From an uncultured Ulvibacter sp. (GTDB lineage: Bacteria > Bacteroidota > Bacteroidia > Flavobacteriales > Flavobacteriaceae), in assembly GCA_963974915.1 (NCBI GenBank), contig CAXBES010000014.1, positions 49,633 through 113,632 on the forward strand: 64,000 nucleotides of DNA, given 5' to 3'. Below the pieces are notes generated by a model that saw nothing but the letters and a program-made list of their open reading frames with translations, was not told the DNA's origin and searched no databases. Made by a program: the position numbers and the translations under genes. Positions 19,814-30,017 of the stretch are shown in pieces (position 1 is the stretch's first letter; every line of letters starts with the position of its first letter).

Positions 19814-20272
19814 TTGAAAAGAAAATTTTGCACTTACATGAAAACTAAAATAGTACTTATTTTTGTCGTCTTTGCCATTATGTCCTGCAACAAAGATGAT
19901 AGTCCAAGAGACAATAACCCGAACCTGATTAGTCCGTTGGTAAATTTAAACCTCAACCTCAACTTACCTGAATACAATCCGTTGAAATTTCCCGGAAACA
20001 GTATCATTATCACACAGCAGGGAATTAAAGGCATCGTTGTGTACAATGTAAATAACGAACTTTATACGGCCTTCGAATTGAGTGATCCCAATCACACTCC
20101 CAGCAGTTGTTCAAAAATGACCATTTCCGGTATTATTGCGAGTTGTCCTTGTACTACAGATAGCAATGAATACGATATAGTTACCGGACAGCATCAAACA
20201 AATCAAAATCTATTCCCTATGCAGCAATATTTCACTCAGCGTAGCGGAGACATTGTCACTATTTCCAATTAA
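19814..20272 (+). CDS. hypothetical lipoprotein
   Basis: Lipoprotein signal (…AIMSCNKDD). Confidence 0.45.
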   Translation: MKRKFCTYMKTKIVLIFVVFAIMSCNKDDSPRDNNPNLISPLVNLNLNLNLPEYNPLKFPGNSIIITQQGIKGIVVYNVNNELYTAFELSDPNHTPSSCSKMTISGIIASCPCTTDSNEYDIVTGQHQTNQNLFPMQQYFTQRSGDIVTISN

Positions 20273-20273
20273 T

Positions 20274-22451
20274 TTAAAAACGAACTGTCGCACCTAATAA
20301 AAAATTGATCGTAGCCTGCGGATAATATCCTGCACCCTCAATTGTGGTGATAGTACCCGGATTACTAAAGTCGTCATCGTAAGTAAAAAAATATCCGTTA
20401 GAAACATACTTCGAATTAAAAATGTTATTTACCAATGCCGATAATACTACCGAATCTACCGCAGGGATATTATCCAGAGCATAAACAACATTCAGGTCAT
20501 TTACAAAGTAACTATCCAATTTAGATGCTTCACTATCTATATTCCCCATATATTGCGATCCCACAAACTTACTGAGAAGATTAAGTTGAAGTTTATTAAA
20601 AGCTAAAAACTCTAACCTATTCCCCGCAACGATCTCAGGTGAGAAGGAAATATTTGTGTTTCCTAAATTCACTAATTCCCCATCTCTGCTCGTAACGAAA
20701 TCTATGTTCTTATTCGTACTTAAGGCTACATTGGGGAAAGCCTTTAAATGCTTTAAAATTTTTATTTCTGAATCAATTTCTAACCCCAATCTATAACTTT
20801 CACCACTAGTTTCACGAATAGGAGCACCCACGTCGTCCAGTGCGCCTGTTAAAACCAACTGATCTTTATAATCCATATAAAATAAATTAGTATTCAGTTT
20901 AATTGCTTCAGAAGCAAAGCGCCAACCTAGTTCGTAATCATTTAATTTTTCTGCCGAAAATATATCTTGTTCCATGTCACTGCGCCTCGGCTCCCTGTTA
21001 GCTCTTCCGTAGGAGGCATACAACTGATTTCCATCGTTTATCTGAAGGGAGATCCCGGCCTTCGGATTAAAAAACGAATACTGCTCATCTACATTTAACA
21101 AAACCAGATCTGATGTTAAACCTGAAGTCCTATAACTAATAAATCTCCCTTGAAGATCACCGTAAACACTCCATGTATCATTAATTCGGTAAGTGGCTTT
21201 CGAGAATACAGTAAACTCATTTTTATCGCCATTCCCTGAATAATAACGATCCCTAATTTGTGATCCCCCGGCATTTTGTGCCCATATAACTTCTCCAAAA
21301 TGATCCCCACCGTAATAACTGTAAAAAGTTCCGGCAGTAATATCAATTGCAGAATTGGTATAGCTCACATTGGCATTAAGCGCATAAAAGTTGTTGTTTA
21401 GCCATCTACGACGCACTAGGTCTGTAGTATTAATGACCTCCCCCCCTATTTCAATGGGGTCGAAATTATAATCGGAAAAATCTTCATCTTCTTTATACTG
21501 CTCAAAATAACCACGTCCGTAGGTATAATTTAAAGCTAGATTAGTACTCCAACGGTTGTTAAAACGTTGATTCCACAACAATTGATAGTGGTCCTGCGAA
21601 TAATTATCTACTTCCTTATCATAAAACTGAATATTCCCATCCTCATCGTTGTACATACCTGACGGATTGAATGTGCGATCGTTTTCCAGTGTTTCAGCAT
21701 CGATCCCATTCCAGGCCTGATATGTTTCTTCCTGACCGCCAAAAGTGATCGCCTTGATCAAAGTTCCAGCATTTTTATAGGTTCCTTGCAGAAAATAAGA
21801 TTTAAGATCGGATGTAGCTCTGTCTATATACCCATCAGATTGAATAGAGGAGAGTCGGCCGCTAATTTCCACCCTGTCACGAAGCAGTCCTGTGCTAAAT
21901 TTCACATTATATCTATGCGTATTATAAGAACCTATTGATGCCGAAACCTCTCCAAAGGCTTCTTCGGAATACGCATCGGTAAGCATATTTAAACTAGCAC
22001 CAAATGCTCCCGAGCCGTTCGTGGATGTTCCTACTCCACGCTGCAACTGAAGGTTTTGAACCGATGAGGTAAAGTCGGGAAGGTTGACGAAAAATGATCC
22101 CTGACTTTCAGCATCATTAAAGGGGATTCCATTAAGCGTAACATTGATCCTGGAAGCATCGCTCCCACGAACCCTAAAATAAGTGTATCCAATTCCGGCG
22201 CCTGCATCGCTTGTGGTCACTACAGATGGAAGGTAGTTTAGCATATAAGGGATATCCTGACCCAGATTTCGCTCTTGCAGTTCTTCGTTATTGATGTTGG
22301 AATGGGTAATTGGAGAATCTGCATCTACTCGTACAGACTTTACCAGCACCTCTTCGAGGTTTTCAACCTTGGTCGAATCGGTTACTTTTTCTTGTGAGCT
22401 GGCAATTGTACAAGCCAGTAAAAAAATTGAAGAAAACAATACTTTTTTCAT
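20274..22451 (-). CDS. TonB-dependent outer membrane receptor
   Basis: Signal peptide, plug region, beta-barrel of about 700 aa, C-terminal aromatic residue (…TVRF). Confidence 0.85.
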   Translation of the reverse strand: MKKVLFSSIFLLACTIASSQEKVTDSTKVENLEEVLVKSVRVDADSPITHSNINNEELQERNLGQDIPYMLNYLPSVVTTSDAGAGIGYTYFRVRGSDASRINVTLNGIPFNDAESQGSFFVNLPDFTSSVQNLQLQRGVGTSTNGSGAFGASLNMLTDAYSEEAFGEVSASIGSYNTHRYNVKFSTGLLRDRVEISGRLSSIQSDGYIDRATSDLKSYFLQGTYKNAGTLIKAITFGGQEETYQAWNGIDAETLENDRTFNPSGMYNDEDGNIQFYDKEVDNYSQDHYQLLWNQRFNNRWSTNLALNYTYGRGYFEQYKEDEDFSDYNFDPIEIGGEVINTTDLVRRRWLNNNFYALNANVSYTNSAIDITAGTFYSYYGGDHFGEVIWAQNAGGSQIRDRYYSGNGDKNEFTVFSKATYRINDTWSVYGDLQGRFISYRTSGLTSDLVLLNVDEQYSFFNPKAGISLQINDGNQLYASYGRANREPRRSDMEQDIFSAEKLNDYELGWRFASEAIKLNTNLFYMDYKDQLVLTGALDDVGAPIRETSGESYRLGLEIDSEIKILKHLKAFPNVALSTNKNIDFVTSRDGELVNLGNTNISFSPEIVAGNRLEFLAFNKLQLNLLSKFVGSQYMGNIDSEASKLDSYFVNDLNVVYALDNIPAVDSVVLSALVNNIFNSKYVSNGYFFTYDDDFSNPGTITTIEGAGYYPQATINFLLGATVRF

Positions 22452-22837
22452 TCGTAAAAAATTTATTTACGAATAAAAGGGGCATTATTCTAAGTTTAAC
22501 ATTGAAAATTTTTCCTAGTCTATTATCGTATAGAGAAGAATTTGAAAAGTTCTATTCTACACTCTAACGGACCCCTAAAGATTTCTCATGAAATAGTCTT
22601 TAGGTTGTCCCTTGGCAGCATTACCTGCCCAGGTTCATTGGGTATAATCTCAGCCTTTCGATGAATGATTTCAGGAAATTTAAAGTTAGTTAAACTTTGT
22701 GTTTCCTTAAATCGCCATTCAATATCGATTAGCACCCCTTTGAGATGTGATGCAAAGTTACATATTTTATAAAACTCGCCTAATTTTTTATCATATGTAT
22801 TTTGGTTTTTCGTTTCAATTGTAGCTAACTTTATAAT

Positions 22838-25285
22838 ATGGCAACAGTTAAGGACAAGTTTACTTTTAAGATTATCCTAAGTTATTTGGTATTGGTAGCC
22901 TTAGCTGTTGTGATGAGTCTGTTTTTATATGCCGAATACAAAGGTTTTCTCGCTTCGGAAACAGAGGAAGACAAGAGTAAGAAGGCGATAGAAACCGGAA
23001 CTTTAATAAATACACTTTACGAAACGGATAGCTTTTCAAGAATAGCACTTCTCACTCAATCTGAAGAAGACTATCAACTGTACCTTTCAAAAGTAGACTC
23101 TTTGGAAGCCAAGATTGAAGAAATCAAAGATCTTAGCACAACACAAAGTCAGATACGCCAGCTAGACAGTGTTAAAGCACTTCTTGATGAGAAAAACAAC
23201 AACATTGAACAATTGCGACTATTAAAGCTAACCAGTAGAGAAGATGCTTCACTCGACAACATATTGAGGGAAATAAAAAAGCTTGAAATTTCTATGGGAA
23301 AGAATTCTCTGGAAACCATTATTAAGGATCCTTCAAAACTCTCGGCTAAAGAGCGTAGAGTCTGGAAATCTTACGTAGATCTGTTAAATAGTAACCTGCT
23401 TAAAGACAGTACTTCTATAAAACCGGCAACGGTAGATTCTATGCTAACGGCGTCCCGGTATATCGTTTCGGAAGCAAAGAGAGAAAATTCGCGCATTAGA
23501 AGGTCTTTACAACAAAAAGAGAATGAGCTTATTGAAAACGATCTCACCATTTCTGCACAACTCCGACAAATAATTGCGGCTTTTGATGCCGAAATTAACA
23601 GAAACAATGCCCGCGAAAAAGCGGTGCGGGAGGCTTCGGTAGAACGTACCAAAAAAATCTTCAGAAATGCGGGAATTATTGGTGCCCTTGTTGTTCTACT
23701 CTTTAGTTATTTAATACTCACAGATTTTTTCAGAGCAGAGAAATTCAGAAGAAACCTGGAAAAAGAAAAGCAGTATTCGGATGCCTTATTAAAAAGCAGG
23801 GAACAACTCATTTCAACAGTAAGTCACGATTTAAAGACTCCGTTAAACACTATAATTGGCTATACCGAATTAATTGAGAATACTTCTCTTACCGAAAAAC
23901 AAAAGTATTACAGTAGTCAGATCACCTCAAGTGCTCATTTTGTGTCCAAACTCGTAGACGACCTGTTAGACTTCTCAAAACTGGAAGCGGGGAAACTTCC
24001 TTTAGAAAGTGTTCCTTTTGCATTAGATAACCTGATAGAAAAGACTGCACATGCCATAAAGGAAATGCACTCGCATAAACCTATCCACCTTTCCGTAACT
24101 ATAGAAGAAAAACTCGAAGGTTCAATGTTTGAAGGGGATCCATTACGAATTCAACAGATCGTAAACAATCTAATTGGAAATGCTTTTAAGTTTACTGAAA
24201 AGGGAGAAATTTCTATCACGGTATCAGAAAAAAATCGCACCGCCAACACCTCTTTCGTGGAAATCCTGGTTCGTGATACCGGAATTGGTATTTCTAAAGA
24301 AAAACAAGAGCTTATTTTTCAGGAATTTACTCAGGCTGAAGCGGATACAGCTCATAAATTTGGGGGCAGTGGCTTGGGATTGGCGATTTCAAAAAAACTG
24401 ACAGAACTTTTGGGAGGTAGTCTAACAGTTTCCAGTATACCACAAAGAGGAAGTACATTTGAATTAAATTTACCTCTTAAAAGAACGAGTAGAATCGTCC
24501 AAAAACCTGCGGCTAAAGAATCAAAACGGTTAAAAAAATTATCGGCATTGATCATTGATGATGATCCGGCAATGGTCGCCTTGTTGAAAGAGCTCTTTCA
24601 ACAAAATTCGATGGATTGTCAGGCATTTACAGAACTTAAAAAACTAAAACAAGAGGTAAAACCAAATTTCGACTTTGTACTAACCGACATACAGATGCCC
24701 GAAATTAGTGGGTTTGAGGTGCTTTCAAGTTTACAGGCTAATGAGGTCTCCGGATATGAAGCTCAACCGGTTATCGCAATGACCGGCAGTAGGGAGTTGT
24801 CCCGGGAAGAATATATCGCAAAAGGCTTTGCCGATATGTTACCCAAACCTTTTTCAAAAAATCAGTTGTTCGATGTTTTAAGTACACTTTTTTCTGAAAG
24901 TGCCACTGTAGGAATAGCAAATAAAAGTGAATCGATTCAACCTGTTGAAGAGCACGAAACCTACAACCTTTCAATGCTTGCTTCCTTTGTGCAAAATGAT
25001 GCTGCGCTAGAAGAAATATTGAATGTCTTTTACGATCAAACCAAAAAGGATCTACTACAGATAAAAAGTGCTGTCTCAACGAAAAATTATAAAGAAATTG
25101 AAAATCTGGCACATAGAATGCTGACCATGTTTAGACAACTTGAAGCTAAAAAAGTAATACCTATCTTAGAGAAGCTTGAAACCACAAACTGGAAGATCTC
25201 AAACGAAGATACGTTAAACAAGGAACTTTCTAATCTCGACAAAGAGGTGGAAATTTTGTTAACTAATTTGCAGTCGAGACAATAA
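22838..25285 (+). CDS. hybrid sensor histidine kinase/response regulator with C-terminal HPt domain
   Basis: N-terminal TM, long coiled coil, HisKA (SHDLKTPLN), HATPase_c, REC (…LTDIQMPEISGFE…) and an HPt-like C-terminus. Confidence 0.85.
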   Translation: MATVKDKFTFKIILSYLVLVALAVVMSLFLYAEYKGFLASETEEDKSKKAIETGTLINTLYETDSFSRIALLTQSEEDYQLYLSKVDSLEAKIEEIKDLSTTQSQIRQLDSVKALLDEKNNNIEQLRLLKLTSREDASLDNILREIKKLEISMGKNSLETIIKDPSKLSAKERRVWKSYVDLLNSNLLKDSTSIKPATVDSMLTASRYIVSEAKRENSRIRRSLQQKENELIENDLTISAQLRQIIAAFDAEINRNNAREKAVREASVERTKKIFRNAGIIGALVVLLFSYLILTDFFRAEKFRRNLEKEKQYSDALLKSREQLISTVSHDLKTPLNTIIGYTELIENTSLTEKQKYYSSQITSSAHFVSKLVDDLLDFSKLEAGKLPLESVPFALDNLIEKTAHAIKEMHSHKPIHLSVTIEEKLEGSMFEGDPLRIQQIVNNLIGNAFKFTEKGEISITVSEKNRTANTSFVEILVRDTGIGISKEKQELIFQEFTQAEADTAHKFGGSGLGLAISKKLTELLGGSLTVSSIPQRGSTFELNLPLKRTSRIVQKPAAKESKRLKKLSALIIDDDPAMVALLKELFQQNSMDCQAFTELKKLKQEVKPNFDFVLTDIQMPEISGFEVLSSLQANEVSGYEAQPVIAMTGSRELSREEYIAKGFADMLPKPFSKNQLFDVLSTLFSESATVGIANKSESIQPVEEHETYNLSMLASFVQNDAALEEILNVFYDQTKKDLLQIKSAVSTKNYKEIENLAHRMLTMFRQLEAKKVIPILEKLETTNWKISNEDTLNKELSNLDKEVEILLTNLQSRQ

Positions 25286-26641
25286 TTATAGTTCGATCTG
25301 GTAGCTCTCGAGCTTATTATACAATGTTTTTCGGGTAATATTTAGAAGTTTTGCAGCCCGGGATTTATTGTAGTCGGCTTCTTTTAGTGCTTTAATGATC
25401 AACAACTTTTCGTTGGTATCTTTCGAAAAATCTATCTTTTCTATTTTTTCTTCGGAAGCTAACACAACTTCTCTTGGTATTGCGTCAATAGGAATCAAAC
25501 TTCCTGATGTTAAGAGTACAGATCTTTTGATCACGTTTTTGAGTTCTCTCAAATTTCCGGGCCAATTGTATTTCTTAAAGGCTACTTCTACCTCTTTCGA
25601 TAAACCCACGACTTGCTTGTTCAATGAAGCATTGGCTTGGTTTAAAAAATAATCGGTAAACAAAAATAAGTCCTCTTTGCGTTCATGTAAAGACGGTATT
25701 TGCACAGAAAACTCGTTTAATCTATGATACAGGTCTTCCCTGAATTTACCTTCCGCGACTCGCTCGAGCAGATTTTCGTTCGTAGCCGATAGAATTCGTA
25801 CATCCACTTCTATCTCTGTATTACTACCTACCGGCTTTATTTTTCTCTCTTGTAAAGCCCTTAATAATTGCACCTGATTTTCATAAGATAGGTTACCAAC
25901 TTCATCTAAAAAAAGAGTTCCATTGTGCGCTGCCTCAAAGTGCCCTTTTTTATCATTAATAGCCCCTGTAAAACTGCCTTTTACATGACCAAAAAATTCG
26001 CTGGAGGCTATTTCTTTAGGTATTGCGCCACAGTCTACTGCTACAAAACTTTCAGAACTCCTTTGACTAAAACCATGAATCGCCTTCGCAGCAACTTCTT
26101 TGCCCGTACCACTTTCTCCTTCAATAAGAACATTCATATCGGTTGGACCTACAAGCTTCAGATATTCATTGAATTTTTTTGAAATTTCGCTTACACCCGA
26201 AACGGCAACCGTTTGGTTTGGAGATCTCCGTTCGGCTTTAACGGTATTAGTTTCCGAAGCTATTGTACCCTTTTCCTTAACAGTTTCAAAAGCCTGTTGT
26301 ATCACCATCAATAACTCTTCGGGTCTAAATGGTTTTGAAATATAATCTAATGCCCCTCTTTTTATTGCTTCTACTGCGGTAGATACCTCGGCATATCCTG
26401 TTATAAGGATCATTTTAGTGTGGGGAGCAACATCTCTGGTGTAGTTGAGAAGGTCCAGACCACTGTCGTTTGGCAGTTTTAGATCGGTAATAAGAAGATC
26501 AAATTTATCTTCTTTTAGTTGTTGTCGTGCCTGAGCACCACCGTAACTTAGCGTTACTTTAAAATTATGTCGCTCTAAAAATGTGGTCAACATTTTGCCA
26601 AAAGCAACGTCATCCTCTACTATAATTATGTTCTGTGCCAT
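25286..26641 (-). CDS. sigma-54-dependent Fis-family response regulator (NtrC-like)
   Basis: REC domain, AAA+ sigma54 activator motifs (GESGTGKE, ESELFGH-like) and a C-terminal HTH. Confidence 0.88.
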   Translation of the reverse strand: MAQNIIIVEDDVAFGKMLTTFLERHNFKVTLSYGGAQARQQLKEDKFDLLITDLKLPNDSGLDLLNYTRDVAPHTKMILITGYAEVSTAVEAIKRGALDYISKPFRPEELLMVIQQAFETVKEKGTIASETNTVKAERRSPNQTVAVSGVSEISKKFNEYLKLVGPTDMNVLIEGESGTGKEVAAKAIHGFSQRSSESFVAVDCGAIPKEIASSEFFGHVKGSFTGAINDKKGHFEAAHNGTLFLDEVGNLSYENQVQLLRALQERKIKPVGSNTEIEVDVRILSATNENLLERVAEGKFREDLYHRLNEFSVQIPSLHERKEDLFLFTDYFLNQANASLNKQVVGLSKEVEVAFKKYNWPGNLRELKNVIKRSVLLTSGSLIPIDAIPREVVLASEEKIEKIDFSKDTNEKLLIIKALKEADYNKSRAAKLLNITRKTLYNKLESYQIEL

Positions 26642-26906
26642 AGTCGCTCGATCGGAACACAAAAATACAGTCTATAGGGCTTGAGAATATTTAAAGTTAT
26701 CATAAAAATTTAATCGCGTATCACAAATAAAAGAGCTCCTTTATCTAAAAAGTGTAAGAGCAAAAAGCACCCACAGTACTTTAGTTTTTGGAAGGGATGG
26801 GGATATTGGCTTAACTAAAACTACTAAACAATCCATTTCCAAATTTTCTTCATAAGTAGCAGATGAAGAAATACTCTTATTATTTTTAGATAAGGAGCTA
26901 ATTCCT

Positions 26907-26935
26907 TAAAAAAAGGGTGCCTAACAAGACACCCT
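26907..26935 (-). terminator. rho-independent terminator
   Basis: AGGGTG-cctaacaaga-CACCCT with a T-run on the minus strand. Confidence 0.5.
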
Positions 26936-26962
26936 AGGTATTGAATCTAAATAACCTGCATT

Positions 26963-27310
26963 TTACTGCTTCTTAATCCATTCACCTTTGCTGTTAAGGT
27001 AAACGGTTTGGCTCGCTTTTTTCATACCGTTTGAAGCGGTGGCGATAACCAATTTATATTCTCCTTTTTCATTTTTATATGCTTGTGTGATTGTCGCATC
27101 CTCAAATGTCTTTGCTACAGCGTCCTTAACCGGTTGCGGTAAATCTGTAGCTTTAATTTCCTTGTACTCTTGTACAGCAGCCATATCTTTGTTTACTACT
27201 GCTTCCACTTGTGTCTCTTCAGAAAGTGCAGGTTCTTTATCTTCCGTTTGAGCAGATACTGCAGTTACCATTCCTAATGCGAATACTGAGGCAAAAAAAT
27301 ACTTTTTCAT
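26963..27310 (-). CDS. hypothetical secreted protein
   Basis: Signal peptide (MKKYFFASVFALGMVTAVSAQ); lysine/glutamate-rich. Confidence 0.45.
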   Translation of the reverse strand: MKKYFFASVFALGMVTAVSAQTEDKEPALSEETQVEAVVNKDMAAVQEYKEIKATDLPQPVKDAVAKTFEDATITQAYKNEKGEYKLVIATASNGMKKASQTVYLNSKGEWIKKQ

Positions 27311-27463
27311 TGTTTTTTGTTTTGTAAAATTTATAATTGTTCTTTTTCTGAATAGCATATTGAAAATTTAATGCCAAAACAAAACACTAACGCTAATCGA
27401 TTATAAATGTCTGTAATAAAGCTATTTAATGAATTTTTATCTCAACAAACCATATAACGTGAC

Positions 27464-27500
27464 TGTATAATTACACAACTTTGTGTGTAATAATTACACA
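27464..27500. promoter_or_regulatory. candidate operator: 17-bp perfect palindrome TGTGTAATAATTACACA plus an upstream half-related copy
   Basis: 27484-27500 is a perfect palindrome. A related TGTATAATTACACA sits at 27464-27477. Confidence 0.3.
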
Positions 27501-27516
27501 GTTTTTGGGTAAGAGG

Positions 27517-27921
27517 TCAGTCTATGGATGGAGGACGTCTGTTTTTCTTTTTTAAAGCCTGTTCTTTCTTAGACTTTAGTCTTTTCTGAATAGCACTTTT
27601 AGAAGGTTTCGTTTTTTTTCTGGGCTTTGCAACCGTTAAACTCTGCTTCAGTAATTCTAGCATTCGTTCAAGAACGATGGCTTTATTACGATGCTGACTT
27701 CTGGTCTCTCCACATTGTAAAGTTAAAATGCCTTCCGAAGAAATTCTGTTACTGAGTTTTTGCTGTAACCTTTCCTTTTCCAGATCTGTAAAGGCTTCCG
27801 AAGAAATAATATCAAGAGAGATCTCAACTTTAGTGGCAGTTTTATTAACATGTTGCCCACCCGGACCACTACTTCTAACCGCCTTATACTGAAACTCTTT
27901 TATTACGACATCTGTTTGCAT
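27517..27921 (-). CDS. arfB: alternative ribosome rescue factor ArfB (peptidyl-tRNA hydrolase)
   Basis: GGQ motif (SGPGGQHVNKT) and a basic C-terminal tail, about 134 aa. Confidence 0.85.
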   Translation of the reverse strand: MQTDVVIKEFQYKAVRSSGPGGQHVNKTATKVEISLDIISSEAFTDLEKERLQQKLSNRISSEGILTLQCGETRSQHRNKAIVLERMLELLKQSLTVAKPRKKTKPSKSAIQKRLKSKKEQALKKKNRRPPSID

Positions 27922-30017
27922 TAAATACTGGGTCGGTGTTCTTTATTAAGCAAATCGTTAACCGTTTTTACCGGATTAAAAGTTTCGATCGGGACCTCAA
28001 TGCATACAGTGTTCCAATTGGCCATAGAACCATTCCATAGACCGGGACGTTCTAATGCCTTTAGCGGCTTGCCGTTTTCCGACTTGCTGGAAATTAAGCC
28101 TGCTTCCGGATCGATATAGTTTAGCAAATTGAATTTATCACCCTTGTAATCCCTAACCCCGCAAACAATATCTACCGGATTAAAATGCGTTGCTTCATTT
28201 ACTATTGCTTTTTGATGCGGATTGGAAGTATCTATTTGCACCATTTCTACAATTTGAAGTGATATGCGTCCATCTTTTCTAACCCAATACGGGCCACCAC
28301 CCGGGGCACCTGTATTTCTCACCATTCCACACACTCTAATTGGTCTGTTTAAAAGTGAGAAGAATGTAGAAGAATCGTAACTAATTTCCTTAATATTGAG
28401 TTCATTCCATAAAAAAGATTTTATCTCTTTCATTTGTTCCTCGTTCGGTTTCTCTTCTGAAAGAATTCTAAGATAATGAAAGATCTTTCCTTGTAACCAA
28501 AGAAGCTTACCAGCGAGTACTTTTTTATAAAATGCCACGCTTTCCACATAATCTTCGGTAACTACATTATCAATATTCTTAATAAAAATAAGATCTGCAT
28601 CGATCTCGTTTAAATTTTTAATGAGCGCGCCATGACCGGAAGGACGAAATACCAGCTCCCCTTTTTCATTTCTGAAGGGTTTATTCTCCGGCGTTACTGC
28701 AATGGTATCTGTAGCCTTATCCTGAAACGAATACGTAATATTAAAATTTGTTTTGGTCTTTTTACTCACTCTGTTTTTAATTCCTTCAAACTCTTCCTTA
28801 AAGAAGGGTAAATGTTTTTCAGAAAAAGTAAAGTGCAAATAAGCTTCATCGATTGAACACGCGTAAAAGGCGGTTTCATAAAGTTGTTCTTCAAAAGCGG
28901 TAGTCGCGTATTTAGAATACTTATGAAAAGGAATTAAACCTTTTGGAAGTTGTGAAAAGTTGAGACCTTCCTTATCCAACATGGTTTTTACAAAAACATA
29001 AGACCGCATTCCCTTGGTAGAGTGCTTATAGTCTGGATAATTTTCGCGAATTTTTTTCCGTACCATACTAACGAAAGCAAATTCTTTGATGGAACTCAAA
29101 AACCTGCTTAAAGCCGGATAGTTGCCTTTTTTCAGAAAGACATTCAGACTCTGCTTTTCGGGATCATAAAGTTCTAAGAAATTATGCAGAAACTTAAACA
29201 TCCGGGTTGCTGCTCCAGAAGCCGGGATAAACTTAACAAGATCGAGGTGCTCCTTTTTTTCTTCAAAGTGATCGACGAATTTTTGTTTATTATCTTCTGA
29301 AAGTACTTCTATACCATTGCCAACAGATGCCGAAGTAACAATATCTGCAAATGGGATCCCATCAACAAATGTATTTATTTGGTCAACAACTTTTTCTTTA
29401 GACAGCCCATACTCCTCAATTTGCTGTTCATCTTTTTTTGTTAACATACGCTTTGCCTCAATGAGTTTTTTAACGGTTTTAATAGCAATTGCCAGGCGCT
29501 CTTCTTTAGAGCCCTCTAACTTTTGAAAATTAAGGTGGTCGTATTTGTTTAGTTGAGTTTCAAAATTACAAAACAAATTCTCCCTATCATCGGGTCTATC
29601 ACGCAAATCGTCGAAAAAAAATGGCACATCTATGCCTGTAAGTAAGTAAAGTGCGTAAGAATTTTCTTTGGCGTACTTAGCTATCGGTTCCGGACAAAAG
29701 CCATTGTAATAATATTCTGAGTAAACTTTTAACTCCAATAAATTGGTGTCGCAAAAAAGGATGGTATCGGTTTTGGCTGCCGCTTCATTTTCAGCCTTCA
29801 TTTGTCCCACGGCTATAGGCATCAAATCATCTATGGTACATCTCTCCCTTTTGGTATCCCACTTTTCCTGAAGATATTCGCGCATATACTCGGGTACCCA
29901 TAATGTATTAAAATGCTCAGCCAGTTGCTTTGCCAAGGTCGTTTTACCGGTAGATTCGGGGCCGTATAAAACTACTTTTATGCAGCTACAGGGTTGTTGC
30001 TTAAGTGCTTCTTCCAT
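27921..30017 (-). CDS. fusion protein: N-terminal NadR-like P-loop kinase (AAA_28/ribosylnicotinamide kinase-like) + C-terminal DUF4301-like domain with UGPase-like nucleotidyltransferase motifs
   Basis: Walker A GPESTGKTT and an …FCDTNLLELKVYSEYY RNK-like block in residues about 1-190. The C-terminal ~500 aa carry FIPASGAATRMFK and RPSGHGALIKNL…DLIFIKNIDNV, resembling the UDPGP-family G-loop and PGHGD…NIDN motifs. Confidence 0.6.
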   Translation of the reverse strand: MEEALKQQPCSCIKVVLYGPESTGKTTLAKQLAEHFNTLWVPEYMREYLQEKWDTKRERCTIDDLMPIAVGQMKAENEAAAKTDTILFCDTNLLELKVYSEYYYNGFCPEPIAKYAKENSYALYLLTGIDVPFFFDDLRDRPDDRENLFCNFETQLNKYDHLNFQKLEGSKEERLAIAIKTVKKLIEAKRMLTKKDEQQIEEYGLSKEKVVDQINTFVDGIPFADIVTSASVGNGIEVLSEDNKQKFVDHFEEKKEHLDLVKFIPASGAATRMFKFLHNFLELYDPEKQSLNVFLKKGNYPALSRFLSSIKEFAFVSMVRKKIRENYPDYKHSTKGMRSYVFVKTMLDKEGLNFSQLPKGLIPFHKYSKYATTAFEEQLYETAFYACSIDEAYLHFTFSEKHLPFFKEEFEGIKNRVSKKTKTNFNITYSFQDKATDTIAVTPENKPFRNEKGELVFRPSGHGALIKNLNEIDADLIFIKNIDNVVTEDYVESVAFYKKVLAGKLLWLQGKIFHYLRILSEEKPNEEQMKEIKSFLWNELNIKEISYDSSTFFSLLNRPIRVCGMVRNTGAPGGGPYWVRKDGRISLQIVEMVQIDTSNPHQKAIVNEATHFNPVDIVCGVRDYKGDKFNLLNYIDPEAGLISSKSENGKPLKALERPGLWNGSMANWNTVCIEVPIETFNPVKTVNDLLNKEHRPSI

